Shown: positions 10,839-23,800, numbered from the stretch's first letter. The stretch: DNA of 64,000 bases from an uncultured Gammaproteobacteria bacterium (GCA_963849825.1 CAWKIK010000003.1:252787-316786); one strand, 5' to 3'. The notes: generated by a model not told the origin, from the letters alone. Numbers and translations are program-made.

Positions 10839-10868
10839 GATGGGGCTGAGGTCCCTTTTGCGATATGT

Positions 10869-11519
10869 TCAATGCGCGGCGGCCATGCGCGCTGCCGGTA
10901 ACGGTTTACGCACCAGGGTACCGAGCAAGTCGGATCCGGCCCGAACGCGGTTGCCGGCGTGTATACCGACACGGGTGCCGGTAGGCAGAAAAATCTGCAC
11001 CCGGGAACCGAAGCGGATCATACCGCAACGCTGGCCCTGCCCGACACGTTCACCTGAATGAACATAGCAGCGTGGCGCACGCCACGATGAATGCCGGGTC
11101 ATCACCAGAACGATATCGTCAGCTTCATCGGTCTGGATCCACACCGCATAATTGAATTCGCCGTCGTCACCCTCGCGGTCCGCACCGGGCGCCCGGTGCC
11201 AACGCTGCACGACCTTGCCTTCCACTGGGCTTCGGATCGGGTACGCATCGAAGGGGCCCATGCGCAGCGCGATACGGACCGCATCCCGGTCCAGAAACGA
11301 ATCCCGGCTGTCGCCCGCAAATTCTACGGTGCCGTCCGCGGGGCTGACCACTCCCAACGGCGCGGCGGGTACTTCCCGGTCAGGATTACGGTACAAATAG
11401 CCACTGATCACTGCGAGGATCGCAAACGGGATCGCCGCCCATACTGCGATCATAACCAGCAGCAGCAATGCGATACCGGCAAAAACCAAAATGAAAATGC
11501 GACCTTCCCGTAAAATCAT
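10869..11519 (-). CDS. psd: Phosphatidylserine decarboxylase-like protein (divergent)
   Basis: SPADG and GMIRFGSRV cleavage motif, adjacent to pssA; other conserved motifs are eroded. Confidence 0.7.
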   Translation of the reverse strand: MILREGRIFILVFAGIALLLLVMIAVWAAIPFAILAVISGYLYRNPDREVPAAPLGVVSPADGTVEFAGDSRDSFLDRDAVRIALRMGPFDAYPIRSPVEGKVVQRWHRAPGADREGDDGEFNYAVWIQTDEADDIVLVMTRHSSWRAPRCYVHSGERVGQGQRCGMIRFGSRVQIFLPTGTRVGIHAGNRVRAGSDLLGTLVRKPLPAARMAAAH

Positions 11520-11577
11520 GTACTAATAAAACCGTTTTTTGCGAGCGGGGCGAGTGAAACTTGATGAGAGACTAGAC

Positions 11578-11622
11578 AAAAACGACGCGCCCGCCGAATC
11601 CGGTTGGATGGGGCGGGCGCGC
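11578..11622 (-). terminator. Rho-independent terminator after ilvC
   Basis: CGCGCCCGCC/GGCGGGCGCG stem followed by a T-run on the minus strand. Confidence 0.65.
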
Positions 11623-11643
11623 GGTTGCTAACGGAGGATCGGT

Positions 11644-13196
<1,553 letters not shown>

Positions 13197-13198
13197 GT

Positions 13199-14893
13199 TC
13201 ACACCAGGATCATCTCGTTTTGTCCCGCTCCGGACGGGATCATCGGATACACGTTCTCGTTCTGGTCGGTAATGAAGTCCAGGAACACCGCACGATCGCG
13301 AATCTTCATCGCCTCCTTGAGAGCACCTTCCACGTCGCTTGGTTTATCGATCAGGAAACCGGCGGCCCCATAGGCTTCCGCCAACTTGACGAAGTCCGGC
13401 AGGGATTCCATGTACGACATGGCGTAACGGCCCTGATAGAAAAACTCCTGCCACTGCCGCACCATGCCCAGATAACGGTTGTTCAAATTGATGATCTTGA
13501 CCGGCAGGGCGTATTGGCGCAGGGTCGAGAGTTCCTGGATGTTCATCTGAATACTGCCTTCGCCGGTCACGCAGGCGACGGTAGCGTCGGGAAATGCGAA
13601 CTGGACTCCCATGGCTGCAGGAAGCCCGAAACCCATCGTGCCAAGGCCCCCGGAGTTGATCCACCGGCGGGGCTGATCAAACTTGTAGAACTGCGCCGCC
13701 CACATTTGATGCTGCCCGACGTCGGAGGTCACATACGCGTCGCCCCCGGTCACCTCGTACAGCTTCTCCACCACGTACTGGGGCTTGATCACAGCGCTGC
13801 TGCGATCGTACTTGAGGCAATCCATGCTGCGCCATTCATCGATCTGTTTCCACCATTCGCGCAGAGCCTCGGGGTCCGGGCGCTGTTCTGTACTCTTCAA
13901 GGCCTTGGACAACTCCTTGAGCACCGCGCCAACCGAGCCGACGATGGGGACATCCACTTTGACGTTTTTCGAAATCGACGCCGGGTCGATATCTACGTGC
14001 ACGATTTTCGCCGTGGGACAGAATTTCGCGATGTTGCCGGTCACCCGGTCATCGAAACGCGCCCCGATCGCGATCAGCACATCGCAGTTGTGCATCGCCA
14101 AGTTGGCTTCGTAAGTGCCATGCATGCCCAGCATGCCAACGAACTGGCGGTCGGTAGCCGGATAGGCGCCGAGTCCCATCAACGTGTTGGTAATCGGGAA
14201 TCCCAGCTCGCGGGTGAAATCGATCAAGTGCTGAGACGCGTTGTCGAGAATGACGCCACCGCCGGTATACAGCATCGGCCGCTTGGCACTCAGGATCAAT
14301 TCCAGCGCTTTCTTGATCTGCCCCCCGTGTCCTTTGACGACGGGATTGTATGAACGCATCGACACTTTTTTCGGATAACTGTACTCGGCTCGGTTGGCGG
14401 TGACATCTTTGGGGATGTCCACCACCACTGGACCCGGGCGCCCGGTGGTCGCGACGTAGAACGCCTTTTTCACCGTAGTGGCAAGATCTTTGACGTCCTT
14501 GACGAGGAAGTTGTGTTTGACGCACGGGCGCGTGATGCCGACCGAATCGACTTCCTGGAACGCATCGTTGCCGATCAGACTGGTCGGCACTTGGCCGGTG
14601 AACACCACCAGGGGGATCGAATCCATATAAGCGGTGGCGATCCCGGTAACAGCGTTGGTAGCGCCGGGGCCGGAAGTGACCAGGACCACGCCTGGCTTGC
14701 CGGTGGCGCGGGCATAGCCGTCGCCAGCATGGGTAGCTGCCTGCTCGTGGCGCACGAGGATATGCTTGACGTCGTCCTGGCGGTACAGCGCATCGTAGAT
14801 GTGCAGTACGGCTCCGCCCGGATATCCGAAAACATATTCAACGCCCTCATCCTTCAAACAACGGACGAAGATCTCGGCACCGGTCAATTCCAC
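13199..14893 (-). CDS. ilvI: Acetolactate synthase III large subunit
   Basis: [38 protein letters not shown]; GTG start with AGGAG RBS. Confidence 0.95.
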   Translation of the reverse strand: MELTGAEIFVRCLKDEGVEYVFGYPGGAVLHIYDALYRQDDVKHILVRHEQAATHAGDGYARATGKPGVVLVTSGPGATNAVTGIATAYMDSIPLVVFTGQVPTSLIGNDAFQEVDSVGITRPCVKHNFLVKDVKDLATTVKKAFYVATTGRPGPVVVDIPKDVTANRAEYSYPKKVSMRSYNPVVKGHGGQIKKALELILSAKRPMLYTGGGVILDNASQHLIDFTRELGFPITNTLMGLGAYPATDRQFVGMLGMHGTYEANLAMHNCDVLIAIGARFDDRVTGNIAKFCPTAKIVHVDIDPASISKNVKVDVPIVGSVGAVLKELSKALKSTEQRPDPEALREWWKQIDEWRSMDCLKYDRSSAVIKPQYVVEKLYEVTGGDAYVTSDVGQHQMWAAQFYKFDQPRRWINSGGLGTMGFGLPAAMGVQFAFPDATVACVTGEGSIQMNIQELSTLRQYALPVKIINLNNRYLGMVRQWQEFFYQGRYAMSYMESLPDFVKLAEAYGAAGFLIDKPSDVEGALKEAMKIRDRAVFLDFITDQNENVYPMIPSGAGQNEMILV

Positions 14894-14982
14894 AATCGGG
14901 GTCTCCTAAGAACGACGGGTTGCGCCGCCGTTGAGCGCCCGCCCAGAGGTCCTGGGCAGCGCTGGAAGCGCGGCGCAACGAC

Positions 14983-15005
14983 AAAAAACGCCCGCATAAC
15001 GGGCG
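14983..15005 (-). terminator. Intrinsic terminator within the ilvI 5' leader
   Basis: Minus strand CGCCCG-TTATG-CGGGCG-TTTTTT, 90 nt upstream of the ilvI start. Confidence 0.65.
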
Positions 15006-15031
15006 CCACGCGTGCTCAGCGTAATGGTGGA

Positions 15032-15060
15032 AAGTTACTGATCGCGGACGCAAACGTCAA
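15032..15060 (-). promoter_or_regulatory. Putative sigma70 promoter of the ilvIHC operon
   Basis: TTGACG-17 nt-TAACTT on the minus strand. Confidence 0.55.
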
Positions 15061-15214
15061 GAAAAAGGCTGCAACGAGGTCGAATTGCGGGTAAGCGCAC
15101 AACTCGAGCATAAGTTCGCCGGTTCCAACGCGCCGAATCTTGTGTTTGGCTTCTGCCTGCCGATAATACCTACGGAATCATAGGGGGATCACTCCATGAC
15201 GCGGAGCACAATCG

Positions 15215-15691
15215 ATGCATCGGACCGGTAGACTCATAATCGCGCTGTCGCTTGGACTGGCCGCCAGCCTCTGCCAAGCCCAGGTATACAAGTGGGTGGA
15301 TGCCGACGGCGTTACCCACTACAGCCAACAACCTCCAGAAAACGGTAGCGCCAAGGAAATGTCCGTGCCGCCCCCGGCGGCGGTCTCGATACCAGCCCGA
15401 ACTGCGGCTTCTCCGCAACCGGAATCCGGCACCGCGAGCCGGGAGACCAGCGAACTCAGTGACCAAATTCGTGCCCGCCGCGCGGAAGAGGAACGCAAGC
15501 AAAAACAAGCCGCGGAACAGCAAAAGGTCGCTTGCGAAGCGATGCGCAAGAACCTGGAAACGCTGCGCACCCACGCCCGGGTCAAGGTCGAGGAAAACGG
15601 CGCCAGCCGGATCATGAGCCCCGAAGAACAGGCCAAGGAGACCATCGACCTGGAAAAGCGTATTCAGGACAATTGCAGCACGCAGCAATAG
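15215..15691 (+). CDS. DUF4124 domain secreted protein
   Basis: Signal peptide followed by VYKWVDADGVTHYSQQPP; C-terminal coiled region with two Cys. Confidence 0.85.
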   Translation: MHRTGRLIIALSLGLAASLCQAQVYKWVDADGVTHYSQQPPENGSAKEMSVPPPAAVSIPARTAASPQPESGTASRETSELSDQIRARRAEEERKQKQAAEQQKVACEAMRKNLETLRTHARVKVEENGASRIMSPEEQAKETIDLEKRIQDNCSTQQ

Positions 15692-15813
15692 GATCGCCCG
15701 CGCAGTTACCACTCCCGCCACCTCCGCAGCGGGCCAGGCTGGCGAATTCGGGTCCAGACCGTCGACGATCGCCACCGGTTTGAGTTAAGTTTCACTCTTT
15801 ACCGGAGCCGACC

Positions 15814-16158
15814 GTGCCCTATCTCAGCATCACGACCAATCAGACGCCAACCGCAGCGCAGCGCGACAGCCTGCTGCGACACGCATCCACTTTGGTGGCC
15901 GAGCAACTCGGTAAGCCGGAACGCTACGTCATGGTCGATTGGCGGCCAAACCTGCACATGTTGTTTGCAGGCAGCGACGCGCCTCTGGCCTATTTGGAGC
16001 TGAAAAGCATCGGTTTGCCGGGCGCCGCCACGACAGCAATATCCGCCGCCTTATGCGCACTGATGAACGAACAGCTGGGAATCCCGGCCGACCGGATCTA
16101 CATCGAATTTGCCGACGCTGCTCGGCACATGTGGGGTTGGAACGGCGCCACATTCTAG
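15814..16158 (+). CDS. MIF/phenylpyruvate tautomerase family protein
   Basis: N-terminal catalytic Pro, LGKPERYVMV, LKSIG, RIYIEF...WGWNGATF. Confidence 0.9.
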   Translation: MPYLSITTNQTPTAAQRDSLLRHASTLVAEQLGKPERYVMVDWRPNLHMLFAGSDAPLAYLELKSIGLPGAATTAISAALCALMNEQLGIPADRIYIEFADAARHMWGWNGATF

Positions 16159-16249
16159 TTTCACGGCTCAAGCGGACGCATGGCGTCCAGCCGCTGAATT
16201 CCCGATAATAGCCAGATTCGACCAGTCATCCGCCGAGGGAACCCATCGC

Positions 16250-16516
16250 ATGAAAACCATCTTGTTCTGGCTGATTGTCATCGTGCTGGGCGCGGCGATA
16301 TTGTTTTATTTCAAACCGGAACTGTTCGACCGGGTGCGTGATCTGACCGGCAGCGCCAGCTCCAGCACCACGGTCTACAAGTGGCAGGACGACAAAGGCG
16401 TCTGGCACGTGACCGATGCGCCGCCCCCCAATGGGGTGAAATACCAGGAGCAGCAGTACTTGCACGACGCCAACGTGTTGCCGACGCCTGGCGGCGCCAA
16501 ACCAGCGCAACAATGA
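16250..16516 (+). CDS. Small membrane-anchored DUF4124 protein
   Basis: N-terminal TM segment, TTVYKWQDDKGVWHVTDAPP; ATG at 16250 with GAGG RBS. Confidence 0.7.
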   Translation: MKTILFWLIVIVLGAAILFYFKPELFDRVRDLTGSASSSTTVYKWQDDKGVWHVTDAPPPNGVKYQEQQYLHDANVLPTPGGAKPAQQ

Positions 16517-16575
16517 TCGGTTCGCCGCAGCACGCGAGCCATCCCACTCCATGAGTCCTCAGATGAAAGTACGCC

Positions 16576-18291
16576 ATGCGCATTAGTCAGTTTCCGCTCG
16601 CCACCCTCAAGGAGACACCCTCGGATGCGGAAGTCATCAGCCATCAGCTGATGCTGCGCGCAGGCATGATCCGAAAACTCGCCACCGGCATTTACACCTG
16701 GCTGCCACTGGGATTGCGGGTACTACGCAAGGCGGAAGCCATCATTCGCGAAGAAATGAACCGCTCCGGCGCCCTGGAACTGCTGATGCCCGCCGTGCAG
16801 CCGGCGGAGCTGTGGCAGGAATCCGGACGTTGGGAGCAGTACGGACCGGAGCTGCTGCGTTTGCGCGACCGCCACGAGCGTGAATTCTGTTTCGGTCCCA
16901 CCCACGAGGAAGTCATCACCGATTTCGCTCGCAACGAACTCAAGAGCTACCGGCAACTGCCGGTGACGTACTATCAGATTCAGACCAAGTTCCGCGACGA
17001 GATCCGCCCGCGCTTCGGCATCATGCGGGCGCGGGAATTTCTGATGAAGGACGCCTACTCGTTTCATCTCGATCAGTCTTCCCTGGACCAGACCTACCAG
17101 CTCATGTACCGCACCTACACGCGGATTTTCGAGCGCTTGCAGCTGCATTTTCGTGCCGTGCACGCCGACACCGGCAGCATCGGCGGCAACGTTTCCCACG
17201 AGTTTCATGTGCTCGCCGCTTCCGGTGAAGACGCCATCGCGTTTTCTTCCGCCAGCGACTATGCCGCTAATGTGGAACTCGCCGAGGCCCGGGCGCCAAG
17301 CGAGCCTCGCCCCGGGCCCGGTGAATCCATGCGAACGGTGGACACCCCCAATCAGCACACCATCGCCGAGCTGGCGGAGTTTCTGAAGGTCAAGCCGTCG
17401 CGGTGCGTCAAAACGTTGCTGGTGAAGGGCGCAGACGGCGGGCTGGTGGCAATGGTCGTGCGGGGCGACCATGAACTCAACGCCGTCAAAGCCGAGAAGT
17501 CGGCAAGCGTCGCCACGCCTTTGTGCTTCGCCACGGCCGACGAGATCCGCGACGCGGTGGGATGCGGGCCAGGCTCTTTGGGGCCGGTCGGACTGCCGCT
17601 GCAGGTAATCGTCGATCATGCCGCCGCACACCTGGGCGACTTCGTGTGTGGCGCCAACCAGGAAGGCCGGCACCTGACCGGCGTCAACTGGGTGCGGGAT
17701 CTGCCGCAGCCCCAGACGGCGGACTTGCGCAACGTGGTCGATGGTGATCCCAGTCCCGATGGTCAGGGACAGCTGAGCATCGCCCGCGGCATCGAAGTCG
17801 GTCACATTTTCCAGCTCGGCACGAAATACAGTGGGGCGCTCGGCGCGTCGGTGCTGGACGAGAATGGCCAGAGCCAAGTGATGACCATGGGCTGCTATGG
17901 AATCGGCGTCTCGCGGGTGGTGGCTGCGGCCATCGAACAAAACCACGACGAACGCGGCATCGTCTGGCCCGAGCCCCTGGCGCCGTTCCAGGTCGCGCTG
18001 CTGCCGATGAACATGCACAAGTCCGAACGGCTCCGCGCCGCGGTCGAGGATTTATACGCGCGCCTGACGGAAGCAGGCTTCGAGGTGCTGCTGGATGATC
18101 GCAATGTGCGGCCCGGCGTCATGTTCGCGGACATGGAATTGATCGGCGTGCCGCACCGCCTGGTACTGGGCGAGCGGGCCTTGGACGAAGACAAGATCGA
18201 ATACAAAGGACGCCGGGACAGCGAAGCAACCCACGTCGAAGCAGGGGGCATTATTGAGTTTCTGCGCCATAAAGCCGGGGCCACCAGTTGA
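16576..18291 (+). CDS. proS: Proline--tRNA ligase
   Basis: [50 protein letters not shown]; editing domain present. Confidence 0.97.
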   Translation: MRISQFPLATLKETPSDAEVISHQLMLRAGMIRKLATGIYTWLPLGLRVLRKAEAIIREEMNRSGALELLMPAVQPAELWQESGRWEQYGPELLRLRDRHEREFCFGPTHEEVITDFARNELKSYRQLPVTYYQIQTKFRDEIRPRFGIMRAREFLMKDAYSFHLDQSSLDQTYQLMYRTYTRIFERLQLHFRAVHADTGSIGGNVSHEFHVLAASGEDAIAFSSASDYAANVELAEARAPSEPRPGPGESMRTVDTPNQHTIAELAEFLKVKPSRCVKTLLVKGADGGLVAMVVRGDHELNAVKAEKSASVATPLCFATADEIRDAVGCGPGSLGPVGLPLQVIVDHAAAHLGDFVCGANQEGRHLTGVNWVRDLPQPQTADLRNVVDGDPSPDGQGQLSIARGIEVGHIFQLGTKYSGALGASVLDENGQSQVMTMGCYGIGVSRVVAAAIEQNHDERGIVWPEPLAPFQVALLPMNMHKSERLRAAVEDLYARLTEAGFEVLLDDRNVRPGVMFADMELIGVPHRLVLGERALDEDKIEYKGRRDSEATHVEAGGIIEFLRHKAGATS

Positions 18292-18304
18292 CGATATAGG
18301 CGGT

Positions 18305-18907
18305 ATGAGCCGCTCACGTACCCACATCTGGCCAGCCATCTGGCTGCGATTGGCCGTCGCTGCCGCATTGACGGCTGTGGCGCTGGCCGCCGCGGCAGGC
18401 ACCCAGGAGCGCCCCGACGACGCGATGCGCACCTATCTCAAGCACGCGGTGCTGGATTCGAAGGCCTTCAAGGATCGGTTCCAGGGGGAGGTCTGGCTGA
18501 CGGACATGGCCCGTCGCCTGGCGCAAAAAATCCCGGACGGGCGCAGCCGGATCGAGCTGTTGAAACTGGTCCACGTAGAAGCGAGCCGGGCCGGACTGCC
18601 GCCGGAGTTGGTGCTGGCCGTCATCGACGTCGAAAGCAATTTCAACCGTTACGCGATTTCCTACGCCGGTGCCCGGGGCCTGATGCAGGTCATGCCGTTC
18701 TGGGTCGACGAGATCGGGCAGCCTGGCGATAACCTGTTCCACGTGCAAACCAACCTGCGCTTCGGCTGCACGATTCTCAAATACTATTTGAAGCAAGAAC
18801 ACGGCAACCTGCAGCGGGCGCTGGCGCGTTACAACGGCAGTATCGGCAAACGCTGGTATCCCGATCGCGTCTTCCAAGCTTTGTCGAGCCGTTGGTACCG
18901 GCAATAA
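18305..18907 (+). CDS. Lytic transglycosylase (SLT domain)
   Basis: LAVIDVESNF, ARGLMQVMP, ALARYNGS. Confidence 0.88.
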   Translation: MSRSRTHIWPAIWLRLAVAAALTAVALAAAAGTQERPDDAMRTYLKHAVLDSKAFKDRFQGEVWLTDMARRLAQKIPDGRSRIELLKLVHVEASRAGLPPELVLAVIDVESNFNRYAISYAGARGLMQVMPFWVDEIGQPGDNLFHVQTNLRFGCTILKYYLKQEHGNLQRALARYNGSIGKRWYPDRVFQALSSRWYRQ

Positions 18908-18933
18908 GCTGCGGGCGGTTCACGCCCCATGCC

Positions 18934-19221
18934 CTATACGGTGCTGAACCCGCTCAGGTCCTGAAACGTTGACTCCTGACAATCCACCGATTGCACTTTC
19001 GCCCCTCGCGGGCCCTCCCAGAGCCAGTCGCGCAGCTCATCCACAGCGGCGCGCCCGCCACAGGCCAGCACTTCGACACTGCCGTCGTCGAGGTTGCGGG
19101 CGAAACCGCTCAATCCCAACTCGCGCGCCCGGTTCCGGGTTGACCCGCGATAGAACACGCCCTGCACCAGGCCGCGTACCCGGCATCGTAGACACAGCTT
19201 GTCCGATTGGCTGGAATTCAC
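18934..19221 (-). CDS. acyP: Acylphosphatase
   Basis: [29 protein letters not shown]; GTG start at 19221. Confidence 0.9.
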   Translation of the reverse strand: MNSSQSDKLCLRCRVRGLVQGVFYRGSTRNRARELGLSGFARNLDDGSVEVLACGGRAAVDELRDWLWEGPRGAKVQSVDCQESTFQDLSGFSTV

Positions 19222-19273
19222 AGATGCTTCCTTCGGCCGGCGATCGCCAGCTTTAGTGGCGGGCGACCCCCGC

Positions 19274-20041
19274 TCAGGGTAACTCGATGGTTGCCGATTG
19301 GCCGGCGCGCAATTCGCCTTCCTTCTGGACCGGAATCGCGACTTCCGCTTGGTAGCGGGGACCTTGGTCGGTGCGCTTGGGCTCGAGCCCAAGGTTGCCG
19401 ATTTTCCCCTGATAGGATCGCCCGTCGATCCTGATGTCCACGGTACTGCCCGGTTTGAGCTGCGCCAGCTGTTCCGGACTGACTTCCGCCCGTACCAGCA
19501 TTTCCTCGGAACTGGCCAAAACAAAAAGTGGCGTCGTTTGCAGGCGGCTGACCACCGTCTGGCCGGGTTGCACACGCCGCTGTAGTACGACCGCTGGGTA
19601 CGGCGCTTCGATGGTGCTGTATTCCAAGTCCAGCTTTGCCAATTCCAATTCCGAACGGGCGCGCTGGAAGTCGGCCTCGGCCTTCGTTAGCGCAATTTTG
19701 GAAAGCTGCAGTTCATGGGTGGACATGACCTGGCGCTCGAACAACTCCTGGTCCCGATCCAGCTCACGTTTGGCTTCCTCTAGCACATCCTTGGCGCTGG
19801 CAAGCTCCGCCTGGTCCTTGGCCACGCGGGCTTTGAACGGACGTTGGTCGAGCCGCAACAAGGGCTGTCCTTTACGCACTTTGGCACCTACGTCCACGAG
19901 TACCTGTTCGACGGTGCCGGAAACCGGCGTACTCAACTCGACGCGACGGGCCCAATCCAATTGGCCTTGCAGTTCAGCGGCTGTACTCGGCCCGATGTAC
20001 AAGGCCAACAGGGTTGCAAGTAATAGTCTCGTCTTATTCAT
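19274..20041 (-). CDS. Periplasmic adaptor (membrane fusion protein), short form
   Basis: Lipoyl half-motifs ([23 protein letters not shown]; IEAPYPAVV...VQPGQTV) flanking a coiled-coil hairpin; 255 aa. Confidence 0.85.
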   Translation of the reverse strand: MNKTRLLLATLLALYIGPSTAAELQGQLDWARRVELSTPVSGTVEQVLVDVGAKVRKGQPLLRLDQRPFKARVAKDQAELASAKDVLEEAKRELDRDQELFERQVMSTHELQLSKIALTKAEADFQRARSELELAKLDLEYSTIEAPYPAVVLQRRVQPGQTVVSRLQTTPLFVLASSEEMLVRAEVSPEQLAQLKPGSTVDIRIDGRSYQGKIGNLGLEPKRTDQGPRYQAEVAIPVQKEGELRAGQSATIELP

Positions 20042-20055
20042 TAACGGTCACCGGT

Positions 20056-21384
20056 TCATTGTGCGGGTGCATCGGCGGCGGCAGCCCCGGCTTGGAGCTG
20101 CGGTATTGGTTGCCCGAGCAGCGCTTCGAGCCGCGCCAGGGCCAGCGCCAGCTGGAAATCAACCTGCGCACTCTGATACCGGGCGGCGGAGAATTGCACC
20201 ATCGAATCGCCCAGGTCGGTACGCACGTCCAGTTCGTAGAGCGCGCGGCTTCGATCCAGGTACAGATCGCGATAATCGGTTTCCACCCGCGCCGCATCCC
20301 GGCGCGCACGCAGCACGTAGATTTCCTGCCAGACGTCGAGCACCGCTTGCCGAACGTCCAATTCCCGTTGCGCCCGACGGGCCGCTGCCCGCTTCATTTC
20401 CGCAATCTGGCGGGCGATTTCGGCACGCACGGCGCCGCCGGTATACAGCGGCATCTTGAACTTGATCCCGGCGCGCACCCGGTCACTGGAGCCCAGTTCG
20501 CGGGCATAATCCGCCGCTTCGACTTCGCCGGTTATGGTCGGGTACTTATCGGCCCTTGCTGCCTGCACGCGTTCGCGGGACGCCTCGACTTGGGCGCGCA
20601 ATGCCTCGAGTTCAGGATTGTGCGCCAATGCCAACTCTTGCAGACGCTCGACCTCGGGAAGCTTGCGCTCCAGATTCGGCAGGTCGGGTTGCACCAGCGT
20701 GGCCGGCAAAGACCCTGGACGATTCAATAGCGCTGCCAGCCGGGCCCGCGCACTGCGACGGCTCACGTCACTGGCATAACGCTTGCTGCGCACCTGCTGA
20801 TAAGCCGCCTGCGCTTCTAACACTTGAATATCGGATATCTTGCCCTGGGCCTTGCGATCGCGCTGGCGGTCGAATGCAACGTAAGCCGTGGCCATTGCCT
20901 CGTTGTCGCGGGCAAACGCCAGGTCGGCAAGTATCACGTCGAAAAAGGCTTGCATGATGGCGATGCGGCGCTTGGCCTGCGCGTCGGTGTACAACAGTTC
21001 GCTACCATGCAACGCGGAGTCGGCCGCGGCCAATGCCGAGCTGGTGCGGCCAAAGTCATAGAGACGCTTGCTGAGCACGAGACCGATTTTGCTGTCATTG
21101 TGGCCCTGATCCTCCACCCTGGGCGAAGGGTCGACCCATTGCAATCGACCCTCCACATCGGCATTCCAGTTGTCACTGGCATCCACGCCGTCGCGAATCG
21201 CCCGGGCCCGCTCCACCTCGGACTGCGCTTCCAGCACCTGGGGATGCTCAGCGTCCGCGAACGATAGGGCTTGCTCCAAAGTCAGCGGTTCCGGCAACGG
21301 CGCCGCGTCTGGCAGCGCGGCACGAAGATTCGTGCAGCCCAGAACCAGGAGCATTGCCAGGGAGAGTCGAGTCGATAGCGCCAT
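20056..21384 (-). CDS. TolC family outer membrane channel
   Basis: LTLEQAL, LYDFG, PLYTGG and two OEP repeats. Confidence 0.85.
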   Translation of the reverse strand: MALSTRLSLAMLLVLGCTNLRAALPDAAPLPEPLTLEQALSFADAEHPQVLEAQSEVERARAIRDGVDASDNWNADVEGRLQWVDPSPRVEDQGHNDSKIGLVLSKRLYDFGRTSSALAAADSALHGSELLYTDAQAKRRIAIMQAFFDVILADLAFARDNEAMATAYVAFDRQRDRKAQGKISDIQVLEAQAAYQQVRSKRYASDVSRRSARARLAALLNRPGSLPATLVQPDLPNLERKLPEVERLQELALAHNPELEALRAQVEASRERVQAARADKYPTITGEVEAADYARELGSSDRVRAGIKFKMPLYTGGAVRAEIARQIAEMKRAAARRAQRELDVRQAVLDVWQEIYVLRARRDAARVETDYRDLYLDRSRALYELDVRTDLGDSMVQFSAARYQSAQVDFQLALALARLEALLGQPIPQLQAGAAAADAPAQ

Positions 21385-21675
21385 GTCGAGTTATGATGTT
21401 ATCAGCGCTGGGGGCCATGCCGCCAGTGAGGTGCGCGATACTATGTCGGCATGGCTATCGAAGTGCCAGGGGGGAAGCCACAGCGGACGGACGCGCGGCT
21501 CGGTAGTGCGCAGTGTGGTTATGCACATAGGCAAGCGCACGCAGCGCCGTATGCTATCGGGCTGCGCCGACCGCCGGCCGCCCCGGATGCACTGCTAACA
21601 CCGCAGACCGGTCTTCGCCGCCGCGGCGGGGACGCCAACCGCCGCGACCGTCCGCCAACAACGAGGAGTACGTCC

Positions 21676-23064
21676 TTGAGGAACCTGCCCCTCAGGTCAC
21701 AGATACTGCTGGCGCCCGCCGCGACCATTTTCCTGATCATGGCGTTGATCGGCTTCACCATGGCGAAGCTGCTCGACATCAAGCAACAGAACGAAGCGGT
21801 TAGAGAATGGGTTAACGTCTGCTCCCATGCCCAAGGCGCGATCACCGCCGGCCAACGCATGTACGATATCGCCGGGCAGATGAGCGCCCGCGGCGGCAAC
21901 GTCGACGACGACCTGCACTTTAGCTATTTGGAGCAATCCCGTTCTCTTTCGGACAATTTCCGCTATCCGGAACTCGCCGGCAAACTTGCGCCCGACGTAC
22001 GGGCACAAATGGATCGGCAAATCCACGACGTGCGTTACCGCGATGATCTGGACCCGGTGGCCATACGCAACAGCATGCAGGAACTGCTGCCCGAACTGGA
22101 ACAAATCTATCGAAAGTTCTACGTTCAGAAGCGCACTGCCTACACGGACTATTACGACAACGTAAACGACATCACATCGCAGCTGGTGAGCGTCTCGCTA
22201 TATGTGCTCGCGATCGCAGTTTTCACCGGCATCGCGCTTTCCGTGTGGACCATCCAACGTACCAAAGGCCGGTTGGGTGCCTTGGCGCGCGACGCCAAGA
22301 AGATCTGCGCCGGCAATCTGGTGTCCCCTCCGGCGCCTGAACATGTCCGCGATGAAGTCGACGAACTGGCTGCTTGCATGTCCACCATGACGCAGCGGTT
22401 GCTCAATGTGGTGGCGAGCGAAAAAGTGTTGCAGGGCGCGGAAGACGAACGCAAGCGCATCGCCATGGATATTCATGACCAGACGCTCTCGGACATTACC
22501 AATCTCTCGCGCAACCTGTCCCAACTGCGCGGCGAGTCGGATTCGGAACAAAGGTCCCGTCACGTCGAAGCGCTTCAGGACGAGCTCGAAGACATCGCCA
22601 ACAACATGCGCCGCATCATAGACGACCTGCATCCGCAGACGCTGGATATCCTGGGACTGGAAAAGGCGCTGCGCTCGCACCTGGACAAGCGCTATAGCGG
22701 CGAGGGCATAGCCGAATATTTTCTGCACGTGGACCCGGATTCCGATACAGCCATGAGCGAATTCGAGCGTTTGTCGGTATACCGTATCGTATTGAACCTG
22801 ATCAACAACATCGCGCGCCACGCCCGCGCCACACGGTATGAAATCGACTTACGCCGCGACCGCCAGGGCATGACGCTGATCGTCGAGGACAACGGCACCG
22901 GTTTCGATTACGAGCAGGCGCGCCACAACGGCGGCCATGGACTGACCAATATTGAGGCACGTGCAAAAGCGATCGGCGCCAGTTTCCGCTGGGGCGCGTC
23001 GCGCTTCACGACCGGCACACGTTTCGAACTCAGGCTCGAAACCAAAGGAGGCCAACGTGACTGA
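21676..23064 (+). CDS. Sensor histidine kinase (HAMP + HisKA_3, NarX-like)
   Basis: Two TM segments, HAMP (DEVDELA), ERKRIAMDIHD, DNGTGF, GHGLTNIEAR; TTG start at 21676 after AGGAG. Confidence 0.85.
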   Translation: MRNLPLRSQILLAPAATIFLIMALIGFTMAKLLDIKQQNEAVREWVNVCSHAQGAITAGQRMYDIAGQMSARGGNVDDDLHFSYLEQSRSLSDNFRYPELAGKLAPDVRAQMDRQIHDVRYRDDLDPVAIRNSMQELLPELEQIYRKFYVQKRTAYTDYYDNVNDITSQLVSVSLYVLAIAVFTGIALSVWTIQRTKGRLGALARDAKKICAGNLVSPPAPEHVRDEVDELAACMSTMTQRLLNVVASEKVLQGAEDERKRIAMDIHDQTLSDITNLSRNLSQLRGESDSEQRSRHVEALQDELEDIANNMRRIIDDLHPQTLDILGLEKALRSHLDKRYSGEGIAEYFLHVDPDSDTAMSEFERLSVYRIVLNLINNIARHARATRYEIDLRRDRQGMTLIVEDNGTGFDYEQARHNGGHGLTNIEARAKAIGASFRWGASRFTTGTRFELRLETKGGQRD

Positions 23065-23791
23065 ACGCCACCCCATCGTGATCGCCGAGGACAATCCGCG
23101 CGACCGGGAATTTCTCGGCGCCAGCCTGGCAGACTTCGACCTGATCTATACCACCAATGGCCGCGAAGCCCTCGATGCGGCGCGCACAGGCGAACAGCCT
23201 TGGGTGATCAGCGATTTGCAAATGCCGGAAATGGACGGTATCCAGTTTGCGCGGGCGCTATGGCGGGACCGTCCAGCGGCCCGTATCGTGTTCTGGTCTC
23301 AGCACAAGGATGAAATATATGTCCGTGCCCTGACCGATATCATTCCGCCTGAGACCGTCTATGGGTACGTTTTGAAGAGCAACCCCGGCGAGGTACTGCA
23401 ACGGGCCGTGGAGGCGGTGTTCAAAGATTGTCAGTGCTGGGTGGATCAGAAAGTCCGGCCGGTCCAGGCGCGGGCCAACAAACCCGGCAGCGGAATCACC
23501 GACTTGGAATTCGAGGTACTGCTCGACATCGCCCTGGGGCTCACCGACAACGTCATTGCACGCCGCCGTTACCTGTCGCGGCGCGGCGTGCAGAGCCGCC
23601 TCAAGTCGCTGTACGCCAAGCTCGGTATTGATCAGGAACAACAGACCGCCGAGGAATTGGGAGAGGTGTTGAATATGCGCGCACGAGCGGTGTCCCACGC
23701 TCTGCGCCGGGGGTTGATCAACCAGTTCGAATTGGAGCAGGAGGAGGAGAAATTGCGCGCTTGGCTTACCCGCGAACGCCTGAACGGCTGA
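23057..23791 (+). CDS. NarL/LuxR-family response regulator
   Basis: IAEDN, SDLQMPEMDG, C-terminal HTH; GTG at 23057 after AGGAGG, overlapping the kinase stop. Confidence 0.85.
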   Translation: MTERHPIVIAEDNPRDREFLGASLADFDLIYTTNGREALDAARTGEQPWVISDLQMPEMDGIQFARALWRDRPAARIVFWSQHKDEIYVRALTDIIPPETVYGYVLKSNPGEVLQRAVEAVFKDCQCWVDQKVRPVQARANKPGSGITDLEFEVLLDIALGLTDNVIARRRYLSRRGVQSRLKSLYAKLGIDQEQQTAEELGEVLNMRARAVSHALRRGLINQFELEQEEEKLRAWLTRERLNG

Positions 23792-23800
23792 CTCACGCCG

